This document shows positions 19,978-34,204 of a stretch of 64,000 nt of DNA, piece by piece. The stretch is from Acidobacteriota bacterium (GTDB taxonomy: Bacteria; Acidobacteriota; UBA890; WLXD01). A program made the position numbers and the translations under genes. Positions within the stretch are counted from its first letter, which is position 1, and every line of letters starts with the position of its first letter. The notes beneath the pieces were generated by a model that ran no database searches, was not told the origin of the DNA, and saw nothing but the letters and a program-made list of their open reading frames with translations. The stretch is from the NCBI GenBank assembly GCA_965205505.1, contig CBDBHB010000007.1, positions 64,001-128,000 on the forward strand, given 5' to 3'.

Positions 19978-20784
19978 TCAAACCTCCTCCGCAAAGGAGT
20001 CACGCAGTCGGTCGAAGAAGTTGTACGCGGCGATGAAGAGAACGACGGACAACACTGCTGTCAAGCCCAGCCGGCGCCAATGAACCATCTCGCCGACGAA
20101 AATGGCGGCGTGGTAGCCCTCGATGATGTGCGTCATCGGGTTGAGCTGCAGAACGAGCGGTGCCCAGCCGCCTGGGTCATTCTGCTCGGCTAGTGCCAAC
20201 GGGTAGATCACTGGTGACCCGAAGAACCACAGCGTCAGAATATTCGCCAATAGGTCGCGCACGTCGCGGTAATGTACGGTCAGCGCCGACAGAAACAACG
20301 CGAATGCGAGCGTGAACAGCATCTGAACCATGATTACCGCCGGGAGCCACAACGCATGAAGGCTGACGCTCTGCGGTTTGAAGACCACCCAGAACGCCAA
20401 GTAGATGGGCAGCCCAAGCAGGAAGTTGACCCCGTTCGAGAGCACGCTCACCACCGGCAGCACCTCGGCCGGGAAGATGATCTTCTTGATCAGGCTACCG
20501 CCCGTTAGGAGCGAATTAGCGGACTCGGCAAGCGCCCCTGAGAACCACGTCCACGGCAACAGACCACAGAACAGATAGAGCGCGAACGGGTCAGTTCCCT
20601 CCCCACGCATGGGTATGAGCACATACGTGAACACGAACGTGTACACCCCCAAGAGCAGCAGTGGGTTGATGAACGACCACAGGAATCCGAGCATCGACCC
20701 GCGGTACCGGGCTTTCAGCTCGCGGACGACCAGTGTCTGCACCAGTACACGGTGCTGCCACAGACGCCCCAATGCATGCCACAT
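19978..20784 (-). CDS. wzm: Polysaccharide export ABC transporter permease
   Basis: LKARYRGSMLGFLWSFINP, about six TM segments, LNPMTHII. Confidence 0.92.
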   Translation of the reverse strand: MWHALGRLWQHRVLVQTLVVRELKARYRGSMLGFLWSFINPLLLLGVYTFVFTYVLIPMRGEGTDPFALYLFCGLLPWTWFSGALAESANSLLTGGSLIKKIIFPAEVLPVVSVLSNGVNFLLGLPIYLAFWVVFKPQSVSLHALWLPAVIMVQMLFTLAFALFLSALTVHYRDVRDLLANILTLWFFGSPVIYPLALAEQNDPGGWAPLVLQLNPMTHIIEGYHAAIFVGEMVHWRRLGLTAVLSVVLFIAAYNFFDRLRDSFAEEV

Positions 20785-20811
20785 GCGATCGTGTCCTGAG
20801 GGAACGGGGTT

Positions 20812-20838
20812 CTAGTGTCCTGTAACAGAGGGCACTAG
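20812..20838. repeat. Collapsed mini-copy of element A ends
   Basis: CTAG-TGTCCTGTAACAGAGGGCA-CTAG repeats the CCTGTAACAGA arm of the adjacent element. Confidence 0.6.
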
Positions 20839-21113
20839 TGACCTGTAACAGATGATCGTTGCATATCGTGGTGGCGAAATGGGTCCGGATGCCAGGCGCG
20901 ACGACGAGACGATGTTTGCCCATCGTCGAGGAGGAGCAACGCCGCAGACGGGCCGATTTCGCCGCCATCCTCCGGACAGATGGGCAGTTGCGGGCGATAT
21001 CGGCGTTGCGCCTCGTCGACGATGCCCACTGCATCGCCTTCCTCGCCGCGCCTTGATCTCACCCGCAAATCCCATCTGCGATATGCAACGATCATCTGTT
21101 ACAGGGCAACTAG
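20835..21113. mobile_element. 279-bp non-autonomous MITE/REPIN-like element A
   Basis: CTAG at both ends. Perfect 27-bp inverted repeat 20842-20868/21079-21105. Two internal hairpins, each enclosing a REP-like core. No credible ORF. Confidence 0.85.
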
Positions 21114-21134
21114 CAGGCCGTGTTGGAAGTGTGG
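21110..21134. repeat. Isolated left arm of element B
   Basis: CTAG-CAGGCCGTGTTGGAAGTGTGG, one mismatch to 36879-36903. Confidence 0.7.
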
Positions 21135-21183
21135 CCCGCAGCGGGGCACTGCTTTCGCCGAATCAAAACTCAGTTGATGGTAG

Positions 21184-22314
21184 CTACTCGATCGCTACCG
21201 CGACGCCGTCTATCATCTCGTACATGCGGTGGAACTTGCGCACGTCGCCGTTGTCGTCAAAATCCGTCGCCCCGGTTACCCCCGGGTAGGGGTTCATCCC
21301 ATTCAGGTAGAACCTCAACTCCTGCGGATCGAGCCCCGCTTCCCGAATTGCCAACGCGAGGATGTTCATTGCGTCGTAGCCGTGCGCCGCATACGCGTCG
21401 GGTGTCATTCCGTACTGCCCGTCGAACGCGGCAACGAACTGACGCACGTTCTCGTCGGCGCTCTCCGGATCCCACGACGGCAACGGGAACCGGAGCCCCT
21501 CGACGCTGGCCAGATCGGCTTCCTGCAACTCGGCTGGCAAGAAAGCGCCGGTGGCAAACAGGGCGGCGTCGCTGCCCGCGTCGCGCAGCGCCCGCGCCAC
21601 CGCGGCTGTGTCGGCCGTATACCCGCCAATGTAGACGGCGGGCGGGTCCACGGACTCGATCGATTGCGTGAGCCGCGCATAGTCCTCGGCTGCGGCCGTG
21701 GCCGGATAGCTCTCCTGGCCGATTTCGCGCCCTCCCAGAGTCCGGAACCGCCGGATGAACGAGGTGATGTGTCCGAGTCCGAACTCGCTCTGCTGGGCGA
21801 TCACCGCGGCCTCACGCAAGCCGGTCTTGTTGAAGATGTGGTCGGCGGTGTTCAGCGCCTCGAGGTCGTCGCTCGGATAGTTGCGATAGATGAAATCGCC
21901 CGCATCGCTGAGCTTGGGCGCCGACGACGACGGTGACATGAGAACTATGCTCGCCTCCTGGAACAGCGGCGCGATTGCCAGCGTTACATCGCTGACATCC
22001 GCACCGATTGCGGCGACGACACCGGTATCGAGGATCTCGCGTGCGGCCTGAACGCCGACCGCACGATCGCTCTGCACGTCGCGGCTGATCAACGTGATCG
22101 GCTTCTGGCCGCCCTCGAAGATCTGCATGCCGCCAGCAGCATTGATCTCGCTGACCGCCAAATCGACACCGCGTTGAATCGAGTTGCCATAGGGTGCGCC
22201 CGATCCCGTGAGAGAGAGGATGACGCCGATTTTGACGTCCGGACTCTCTTCGCCACACGCGGCGCTAGCGGCGGCCAGCAAGACGATTGCCGCCGTGATC
22301 GAGAAACGTTTCAT
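21184..22314 (-). CDS. LivJ/LivK-like ABC substrate-binding lipoprotein
   Basis: Lipobox SAA-C, KIGVILSLTG, EINAAGG, AAHGYDA, GVTG. ATG at 22314. Confidence 0.88.
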   Translation of the reverse strand: MKRFSITAAIVLLAAASAACGEESPDVKIGVILSLTGSGAPYGNSIQRGVDLAVSEINAAGGMQIFEGGQKPITLISRDVQSDRAVGVQAAREILDTGVVAAIGADVSDVTLAIAPLFQEASIVLMSPSSSAPKLSDAGDFIYRNYPSDDLEALNTADHIFNKTGLREAAVIAQQSEFGLGHITSFIRRFRTLGGREIGQESYPATAAAEDYARLTQSIESVDPPAVYIGGYTADTAAVARALRDAGSDAALFATGAFLPAELQEADLASVEGLRFPLPSWDPESADENVRQFVAAFDGQYGMTPDAYAAHGYDAMNILALAIREAGLDPQELRFYLNGMNPYPGVTGATDFDDNGDVRKFHRMYEMIDGVAVAIE

Positions 22315-22330
22315 GCCGGACCTCCTGGGG

Positions 22331-22810
22331 TCAGTCTGCCGCCGAGCGCTCGCCGGGTATCGGCATCTCGGTCGTCTCGATAGCGCTCCGAGTCGGCTTG
22401 ATACCTTGCGCCTTGGCAATACGCAACCGGGCGAGCGAGCGCTCGAGCGCGAAACCTGCGCGCCGCGAGTCTGTTTCGTCGTCTGGCGTCGCCAGCCGTG
22501 CCTGGGCGCGCTGCGCCGCCGCTTCGGCACGGGCGATATCGATTTCATGTGCTTCCTCAGCGGTCTGCGCTAACACGCTGACGCCGACGGGGCCGACCTC
22601 TGCGAAGCCGCCCGCCACCGCCAACAGACCGTCCTGGCCGGTAGCGGTGACGTACCGCAGCTCGCCGACCCCCAGCGCTGTCATGTAACGGGCGTGGCGT
22701 GGAAGGACGCCGAACTCACCGTCGATACCGGGAGCAGTGAGCTCGACGACGTCTTCGTCGACGATCGCACCTTGCGGGGTTACCACCTCGAGATGAAAGC
22801 TCTCAGCCAT
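22331..22810 (-). CDS. atpC: ATP synthase epsilon subunit
   Basis: LEVVTPQG, GEFGVLPRH, GGFAEV, EIDIARA. ATG at 22810. Confidence 0.95.
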   Translation of the reverse strand: MAESFHLEVVTPQGAIVDEDVVELTAPGIDGEFGVLPRHARYMTALGVGELRYVTATGQDGLLAVAGGFAEVGPVGVSVLAQTAEEAHEIDIARAEAAAQRAQARLATPDDETDSRRAGFALERSLARLRIAKAQGIKPTRSAIETTEMPIPGERSAAD

Positions 22811-22823
22811 CGGTTCTATCCTG

Positions 22824-25302
<2,479 letters not shown>

Positions 25303-25308
25303 CTTCGC

Positions 25309-27428
<2,120 letters not shown>

Positions 27429-27461
27429 CGCGTCAGGGTTTTTCGGCCGCGCAACTGCGCG

Positions 27462-28208
27462 TCACGAGACCGTTTCTCCCAGGCTGTCGAGATGCTCGCG
27501 TACCAGCCGCCTTTGGTCATCGGCGCTGAAGTTGTCTTGCAAAATTCGCTTGGCGGTCGAGACTGCCAGATCGGCAATATGCGCCTGGAGAGCCCGCCGC
27601 GACCGCACTATTTGCGTGTCGAGGTCGCGGTTGGTTGATGCGCGAATGATCTCCGCGTCGGCGCTCACCTCCGCGATCAGGCGATCTTTGTCACGCACGG
27701 CGCTCTCCCGGGCCTCGGTTAACAAAGCGGCTGCCTCTTGTTCTACGCGCGCCAAGCGGTCTGCCGACTCAGCCAGCCGCGACTGTGCGGTCTCCTGCTG
27801 TTGTTGTGCCAGATCACGTGCCTCGACCAGCTGCTGGAAGCGCGTGCCGAGGACTTCGCGCAGTCCATCGAACTCGAAGTTCTCGCGAACGAACGGCGGC
27901 GCGACGACCAGCACCCAGTAAAGCAGAATCAGCAGCAGCACGAAGTTGGTCCACTTCATCGCGTATTCGGGCCAGGGAGGTCCGGCGTGCTCGGCGGTGG
28001 TGTCCTCCTCCCCGTGTTCTTGAGCGCCCGCGTGTTCCTGAACGCCGGCGACGGTTTCGCCAGCGACAGCGCTGCCCGCGGCGGGCTGCGACGACGAGAG
28101 CATCTCCTGCGCCGCGGCTGCCAGCGGGGCGTTGGCGCCGCTGAGCGTCACCACGAGCGCCATGCCTGCAATACAGCTTGCGAGCTTGCGGGTCTTGTCG
28201 TTGATCAA
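27462..28208 (-). CDS. atpF: ATP synthase F0 subunit b with N-terminal extension
   Basis: KWTNFVLLLILLYW TM segment followed by a coiled coil and DQRRLV. Signal-like and His-containing N-terminal extension. Confidence 0.85.
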   Translation of the reverse strand: MINDKTRKLASCIAGMALVVTLSGANAPLAAAAQEMLSSSQPAAGSAVAGETVAGVQEHAGAQEHGEEDTTAEHAGPPWPEYAMKWTNFVLLLILLYWVLVVAPPFVRENFEFDGLREVLGTRFQQLVEARDLAQQQQETAQSRLAESADRLARVEQEAAALLTEARESAVRDKDRLIAEVSADAEIIRASTNRDLDTQIVRSRRALQAHIADLAVSTAKRILQDNFSADDQRRLVREHLDSLGETVS

Positions 28209-28657
28209 CTGTCGGCGCCTCCGCTGCTCACCGGTCGAGCGAGAATCCGGTCGGCGATCTGCTTGGCGAGGTCGCCGGCATCAGCCTCCAGCTGTTGCCG
28301 AGCCTCGTTGATCTGCGTGTCGATCTCGGCCTTCGCCTCCTCTACCGTGCGCGCCGCCTCGGCGCGCGCCTCACCCAACAGCCGCTCGCGTTCGGCGCGA
28401 GCCTCCGCTTGGGCGTGCTGACGAATCCCGTAGGCTTCTTTGCGCGCTGTGGAAACTCGTTCCTCCACTTCTGCGAGTCGCTCTTCCTGGATGCGCACTG
28501 CGTTTGCGAAGGCCTCACTGGCTCCGTCGATCTCAGCCTGTCGCTTCGCAAGGATCGCGGTGAGCGGTCCGAACAGCCACCGGTTGGCGATGATCACCAT
28601 GGCGATGATCGTCGCGGCGACGAGTGCGATCGTGGGCAAGTGCGGGAAATTGTCCAT
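28205..28657 (-). CDS. atpF2: ATP synthase F0 subunit b'
   Basis: TM segment plus WLFGPLTAILAKR and coiled coil. First gene of the atp block. Confidence 0.88.
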   Translation of the reverse strand: MDNFPHLPTIALVAATIIAMVIIANRWLFGPLTAILAKRQAEIDGASEAFANAVRIQEERLAEVEERVSTARKEAYGIRQHAQAEARAERERLLGEARAEAARTVEEAKAEIDTQINEARQQLEADAGDLAKQIADRILARPVSSGGADS

Positions 28658-28800
28658 CGAGGTCGAGGTCTCAGCTGCCGGTTATCTGCGGCCCCGTCGG
28701 TGGCGCGGGGCGGGCGAGGTTTGCAGAGTTCGAGCGGACACAGAACAGGTGAGCCCGGTTGCCAGCGAAAGACGGCTGAGGAACAAAACGGCCGCCCATG

Positions 28801-29178
28801 TCACTCGAGCATAGCGATCATGCGGCTGAGTTCTCGCGCCACGGAAGAGCGACAAGACTCATCGGCGAGAGATTCTATCAGCCGTGTCGAAAGGTCGGCA
28901 AGCAACCGCGAGACCGCTTCCGTGACAATCGCCTCGACCTCGCCGGTGAAAGCGTCAACCTCTACCGTGAGCTGCGCTTCCCACTGCTCCCCCGCCGTGT
29001 CGTCGACCTTCAAGATAACGACCGTAGCGTCGCTGCGATACTCGTAAAGGTGCGGCCCACTCAACCCAGAGGCTCCGACCTCGAGGCGACATCCGCGTCG
29101 CTCGAGAGCCGCCGCGAACGAGTCGCGAATCAGGTCGATGAAGCTCTCGCTGCCGAGGTAGGAGCACGCCGTCAGCAT
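28801..29178 (-). CDS. Hypothetical protein
   Basis: ATG at 29178 just after the mrpD stop, co-directional, about 125 aa, no recognised motif. Confidence 0.55.
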   Translation of the reverse strand: MLTACSYLGSESFIDLIRDSFAAALERRGCRLEVGASGLSGPHLYEYRSDATVVILKVDDTAGEQWEAQLTVEVDAFTGEVEAIVTEAVSRLLADLSTRLIESLADESCRSSVARELSRMIAMLE

Positions 29179-29189
29179 CAGAGCCGGCC

Positions 29190-30881
29190 TCAAAAGAAAT
29201 AGAGCAGCAGCAAGATCGCCAGGAGGACAGCGACCCACAATGCCATGCTGCCGGTCGGCCAGGTGCGCTCAAGGATCCCCTCCGGCCCGTGATGCCGGTG
29301 AACCGTCTGCAACGTGGCGGTAATGCGTCGCCCCGCTCTGTCGAGCACTCCGTTCCAGAGGCGGGCGCCGGCGCGGATGACGGGCGCTAGCGTGCTCGGC
29401 ACGAGACGCCGGTAGATCCAATCACTGTCCAGGTTGACCGATCTCAACTCCGGGGGATACAGCCCGACCCAGTTTAGCCAAGCGAAGGCAACGGCGGACC
29501 AGAACAGAAGCTGGAGCTGCGTGATGACATGGGTCGCGGTGTAGGGCTCGTAGTCAACCTGAAACGGCAGAACGCCGTAGAGCAGCGACGGGAAGACACC
29601 GATTCCGATGCATAGCGAAGCGGCCAGCCCCATGGCGATCAGCATGTTGCGCGGCGCCTCTTTGCAGCGGATTCCCGAGTCGTGTGCGAAGAAGGCGAAA
29701 TAGGGAATCTTGATACCGGAATGGTGGAAGACGCCGGCCGACGCAAACAGCAGCACGAAGTAGACGAACGTGTAGTGATTTTCAGCGGTCGCAGAAATGA
29801 TCAATGACTTGGTGGCGAAGCCGCTGAAGAACGGAAACGCGGAGATCGAAGCGGCCCCGACGATACAGAAACCGGTCGTCCACGGCATCGACTTGTAGAG
29901 TCCGCCGAGCTCCGAGCCCTTCATCGTGCCGGTGCGTAGCAGCACCGCCCCCATCGACATGAAAAGCACACCCTTGAAGAGAATGTCGGCGAACGCGTGA
30001 GCAGCGGCGCCGTTGAGTGCCAACTCGGTACCGATGCCGACCCCGACGACCATGAACCCCAGCTGGTTGTTCATGCTGTAGGTCAGCACCCGACGGAGAT
30101 CGTTGACGATCACGGCGAAGAAGATCGGAAAGGCGGTCATCGTGACGCCGATCCAGACCAGCAACTCGGTCCCGGGGTAGCCTCGTGCCAGCGCGTAGAT
30201 TGCCATCTTGGTGGTGAAGGCGCTCAGAAACACCGTCCCGGTCACGGTCGCCTCTGGATAGGCGTCCTCGAGCCAGTTGTGCAACAGCGGAAAAGCACAC
30301 TTGATGCCGAAGGCGATGAAAATGAGCCAGCCACCCAGGCCGCTGAGCCCCAGATAGTCGAACGCGAGCGATCCGGTTTCGTGGACGTGGGCCAGGGCCC
30401 CAGCAAGCAGCAGCACGCCGGATGTTATTTGGAAGATCAAGTAGCGCATGCCGGCCCGATACGACCGCTCGCTGCGGCGTGCCCAGATCAAGAAGACGGA
30501 GGAGACCGCGGCCATCTCCCAGTAGACGAAGAGCGTGATCAAGTCGCCCGCGAAAACCGCGCCAATGGCGCTGCCCGCGTACGCGAATGCGGCGACGTGT
30601 TGACCGGTGTCCTTGACCCGAAGGGCGAAGATCATGCCGAGGAACGCGGCGATGTGGAAGATATAGCCGAACACGAGGCTCAGCCGGTCGACGCGGACGG
30701 GCGTCAGCGAGTAGTCGAAGACGGAGAGCTGCACGAGATCCCCGTGCGACACCGCCAGCAACTGGAGGAAGCCCAGGAGCGGTATCAGGAGCATGTAGGC
30801 CGCCCGAACGCGCCCGCGCAGAAGCGGGATCAGCAACCCTCCGAAGATCAGCAGCCAGCCGGGCGGGATGCTATCGATCAT
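29190..30881 (-). CDS. mrpD: Na+/H+ antiporter subunit D-like (Mrp)
   Basis: Proton-antiporter fold motifs: LFVYWE, HNWLEDAYPEA, SAFTTK, HAFA...KG. Confidence 0.88.
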   Translation of the reverse strand: MIDSIPPGWLLIFGGLLIPLLRGRVRAAYMLLIPLLGFLQLLAVSHGDLVQLSVFDYSLTPVRVDRLSLVFGYIFHIAAFLGMIFALRVKDTGQHVAAFAYAGSAIGAVFAGDLITLFVYWEMAAVSSVFLIWARRSERSYRAGMRYLIFQITSGVLLLAGALAHVHETGSLAFDYLGLSGLGGWLIFIAFGIKCAFPLLHNWLEDAYPEATVTGTVFLSAFTTKMAIYALARGYPGTELLVWIGVTMTAFPIFFAVIVNDLRRVLTYSMNNQLGFMVVGVGIGTELALNGAAAHAFADILFKGVLFMSMGAVLLRTGTMKGSELGGLYKSMPWTTGFCIVGAASISAFPFFSGFATKSLIISATAENHYTFVYFVLLFASAGVFHHSGIKIPYFAFFAHDSGIRCKEAPRNMLIAMGLAASLCIGIGVFPSLLYGVLPFQVDYEPYTATHVITQLQLLFWSAVAFAWLNWVGLYPPELRSVNLDSDWIYRRLVPSTLAPVIRAGARLWNGVLDRAGRRITATLQTVHRHHGPEGILERTWPTGSMALWVAVLLAILLLLYFF

Positions 30882-31182
30882 AGTAGTCTTCGCCCCGGCC
30901 TACGATCTTGCGCAGCTGCTTGGCAGCCAGCACCAGGAGCACGCAGGAGACAAAGCCGTAGAAGCCGAAGAATCCAACGACGCGCTCAATTGCATACTCG
31001 ATGTGCTTTTCGTAAAACAGGTCCGCCGCGACTAAAAGAGCACAGACGATCCAAAGGCCGCTGTATATCTTGCGGACGTTTCGCGCGTCGTCGAGCCAGT
31101 ACTTTTTCTCGCCCCGTGCGGGCTCTGGCGCGGCGTCTTTCGAACGCTCCATGTGGCCATCGGTGTGACTGTCGTCTTGCAT
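30871..31182 (-). CDS. Small membrane protein of Mrp clusters
   Basis: Two TM segments, YGFVSC, C-terminal RGEDYYD. Overlaps the downstream mrpD. Confidence 0.75.
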   Translation of the reverse strand: MQDDSHTDGHMERSKDAAPEPARGEKKYWLDDARNVRKIYSGLWIVCALLVAADLFYEKHIEYAIERVVGFFGFYGFVSCVLLVLAAKQLRKIVGRGEDYYDR

Positions 31183-31196
31183 GGCTCGCTAGTGTC

Positions 31197-32717
31197 CTAC
31201 TGCGGCTTCACGATCGGTGTTAACAGCTGGTAGAGGTCATCGGCGAAGAAGAAGAGAGCCAGGCAGCCTGCGGCCGTTGCGCAGAGCGCTACCAGGCAGA
31301 AGATCGGCGCTTCCCTGATCGGCGATCCGCCTTCTGTCCCGAGCGCCGCACCCTGGGGTACACCATCGATGGGGTCGACGTCGGGTGCCGACTCCGGAGG
31401 GGCAACGAAAAATGCCCGCGCCACGAGTGGCATCAAGTACGCGACGTTCAGCAGCGAGCTGATCATCAGAACGGCAACGAAGATGGCCTTCTCCGCTTCG
31501 AGCGCCCCGAGGGCCAGGAACCACTTGCTCCACGCACCACCGAAGGGCGGCAAGCCGATAACACTGAGCGAGCCGATGAAGAAGGCCGTCATGGTAATCG
31601 GCATGGTACGGCCGATGCCGTCCATGTCGCTGATCTCGGTCTTGTGGGCCGCCACGTAAATCGCCCCGGCGCAGAAAAAGAGGGTGATCTTGCCGAAGGC
31701 GTGCATGGCGATGTGCATGCTGCCGCCCAGGACACCGGCACTGGTCGCCAGCGCTGCGCCGAGAACGATGTATGCGAGCTGGCTCACCGTCGAGTAGGCC
31801 AGGCGCGCTTTGAGGTTGTCTTTGGTAAGGGCCACCAGCGACGCCGCGACGATCGTGAACGCGGCGACGTACATGAGCCAGATGCTCAAACCCGTGTCGG
31901 TGAGCAGCTCGAGCCCGAAGACGTAGACGATGATTTTCATTACCGTGAACACGCCGACCTTGACCACCGCAACGGCGTGGAGAAGCGCGCTCACCGGGGT
32001 GGGAGCCACCATGGCCGCCGGCAGCCAGCGATGGAACGGCATCAGCGCCGCCTTGCCCGTACCGAAGGCGAAGAGCGCCAGCAGAACCACGAGGGTCCCT
32101 TCATCGGCGGTCCCGGCCAGGATGCCGCCCGGACGGAAATCAAGCGTCCCGGCCAGGTACCACGTCCAGATGATCGCAAGCAACAAGAACGCTACCGACG
32201 TGCTCAGCAGGATGCCCAGATAAAGCCTGCCACCGCGCTTCGCAGCCTCGGTTCGATGGTGGGTAACCAAAGGGTACGTCGATAGCGTCAACACCTCGTA
32301 GAAAATGAACAGGGTGAGCAAGTTAGCGGCGAACGCAACGCCAATGGCAGCCGAGATCGCCACGGCGAAACAGGCGTAGAAACGCGTCTGATCCACCTCG
32401 TGGTGCCCGCGCATGTAGCCAATCGAATAGACCGTGGTAACGATCCACAGCCCCGAGGCCACGAGCGCGAACAGCATCCCGAGCGGCTCGACCTCGAACG
32501 CCATCCACAGGCCGGCCATCACTTCCACCACATTGGCCTCGGGGCGGCCCCCGGCCTGCACCTCGGGCAGCAGTGTGAAAACCACGGCGAAGAGGGCGCC
32601 GGCGGTGCTCAGGCTGGCCGCCTCGCGCAGATTCGGCCAACGTTGCAGCGCGACGACGAGCACCGCGCCGACTAGCGGCAGACCGACCGCAACATAGATA
32701 GCCGTTTGCGAGCTCAC
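31197..32717 (-). CDS. mrpD: Monovalent cation/H+ antiporter subunit D family
   Basis: FIFYE, HRWLPAAMVAPTPVSALLHAVAVVK, LAYSTVSQL, HAFGK. GTG at 32717. Confidence 0.9.
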   Translation of the reverse strand: MSSQTAIYVAVGLPLVGAVLVVALQRWPNLREAASLSTAGALFAVVFTLLPEVQAGGRPEANVVEVMAGLWMAFEVEPLGMLFALVASGLWIVTTVYSIGYMRGHHEVDQTRFYACFAVAISAAIGVAFAANLLTLFIFYEVLTLSTYPLVTHHRTEAAKRGGRLYLGILLSTSVAFLLLAIIWTWYLAGTLDFRPGGILAGTADEGTLVVLLALFAFGTGKAALMPFHRWLPAAMVAPTPVSALLHAVAVVKVGVFTVMKIIVYVFGLELLTDTGLSIWLMYVAAFTIVAASLVALTKDNLKARLAYSTVSQLAYIVLGAALATSAGVLGGSMHIAMHAFGKITLFFCAGAIYVAAHKTEISDMDGIGRTMPITMTAFFIGSLSVIGLPPFGGAWSKWFLALGALEAEKAIFVAVLMISSLLNVAYLMPLVARAFFVAPPESAPDVDPIDGVPQGAALGTEGGSPIREAPIFCLVALCATAAGCLALFFFADDLYQLLTPIVKPQ

Positions 32718-34204
32718 GGCGAGATCCCCAACAGAGATTCTGCCGCCATCCGCGCGATCCCGGCGGTCACGTCGGTCGTGATGCCGAAGTAGAAGATGGC
32801 GATCACCAGCGCCCACATGGGAAGTAGAAGGGAAAGCGGGGCCTCGGTGATCGAGCCCTCGCCCTCGACCGCCGGTGGCTCATGGAAGTAAGCGACCTCG
32901 ACGACCCTCCACACGTATACGGCGGCCAGCAGCGAGCTGAACAGCACAACCGCGGCGACCGGCCACAGGCCCTGCTCGAGCGCGGCGAGCACCAGGTACC
33001 ACTTGGAGATGAAGCCCACGGTCAGCGGCACGCCGATGAGGCTGAGGCCACCAGCAACGAAAGCGGCCATCGTCCACGGCATGCGGCGGCCCAGGCCGCG
33101 CATCTCGTCGATGTGGGCCGAACCGCAGCGCAGCACGATGCAACCCATCGCCAGGAACAATGCGCATTTCATCAAGCCGTGGTTGAAGAGGTGGACGATG
33201 CCTCCGGTCAACCCGTTGACCGAAGCGAAGCTGATGCCGAGAACCATGTAGCCGATTTGGGCAACGCTCGAATACGCCAGCATGCGCTTGATGTTGTTCT
33301 GGAAGATCGCCACCAGCGACCCGGTGACGATGCCAATCAGGGCGAGGGGCATCAGGAACACCCAAAGCCGCATCGACTCGAAAGCGAACTCGTATCCGAA
33401 GACAGTGAAGAAGAAGCGGAGCAGGATGTAGACGGAGACTTTCGTCGCCGTTGCGGCAATAAAGGCGGTAACGACCGACGGGGCGTAGGCGTACGCGTTG
33501 GGGAGCCACAGATGCAGCGGAAAGAGAGCCATCTTCACGCTGATGCCGACCACGAAGAACCCGAAGGCGACCAGCACCGTGCGGGTGTCGCGCACGGATT
33601 CGAGCTGCACGGCCATGTCCGCCATGTTCAGCGTGCCCGTCATGATGTAGAGCAGACCGATGCCGATCAGGATGAAGGTGGCGCCGAGCGTGCCCATGAT
33701 GAGGTACTGGTACGCGGAAGTGAGCGCTCTCCGGTCCTGCCCCATGCTGATCAGCACGTAGGACGACAGCGCCGAGATCTCCAAGAACACGAAGACGTTG
33801 AAGAGGTCGCCGGTGGCGGCGATGCCGAGCAGGCCGGTCAGACACAGAAGATAGGCGGTGTAGAAAAGGTAGTGGCGCTCATACCGCGGCAGCTCCACCG
33901 AGATGCTCGCCGGCGACCAGGTCGCGACAACCGCACCGATGCCGGACACCAGAATGAGCACGAAGGCGTTGAGCAGATCGATCCGGTACTCGATGCCCCA
34001 CGGCGGCGGCCAGCCACCGAGCTCGTAGGAAAGGATGCCCTGATCGAGGACGCGGAGCATCAGCAGCACCGAGATTGCAAAGGTCAGCCAAGTGGCCGCG
34101 ATGGCGAAGCCGGTGACCAGCGTGCGGTGCCTCAGCAGCAGACACACGGGAGCCGCCAGAAGCGGCACCAGGACGACCAGGACGGGCAGATGGTTCTCCA
34201 TCAA
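32714..34204 (-). CDS. mrpD: Monovalent cation/H+ antiporter subunit D family
   Basis: DLFNVFVFLE, HLWLPNAY, KRMLAYSSVAQIG, GFISKW. Confidence 0.92.
   Translation of the reverse strand: MMENHLPVLVVLVPLLAAPVCLLLRHRTLVTGFAIAATWLTFAISVLLMLRVLDQGILSYELGGWPPPWGIEYRIDLLNAFVLILVSGIGAVVATWSPASISVELPRYERHYLFYTAYLLCLTGLLGIAATGDLFNVFVFLEISALSSYVLISMGQDRRALTSAYQYLIMGTLGATFILIGIGLLYIMTGTLNMADMAVQLESVRDTRTVLVAFGFFVVGISVKMALFPLHLWLPNAYAYAPSVVTAFIAATATKVSVYILLRFFFTVFGYEFAFESMRLWVFLMPLALIGIVTGSLVAIFQNNIKRMLAYSSVAQIGYMVLGISFASVNGLTGGIVHLFNHGLMKCALFLAMGCIVLRCGSAHIDEMRGLGRRMPWTMAAFVAGGLSLIGVPLTVGFISKWYLVLAALEQGLWPVAAVVLFSSLLAAVYVWRVVEVAYFHEPPAVEGEGSITEAPLSLLLPMWALVIAIFYFGITTDVTAGIARMAAESLLGISP

Noticed and set aside
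20835-21289. Short ORFs over element A, and 36879-37218 over element B
   Set aside because: They arise from the palindromic repeats and show no transposase or other motifs.
31189-31198. CTAGTGTCCT matching the start of the mini A element
   Set aside because: Only 10 nt, too short to separate from chance.
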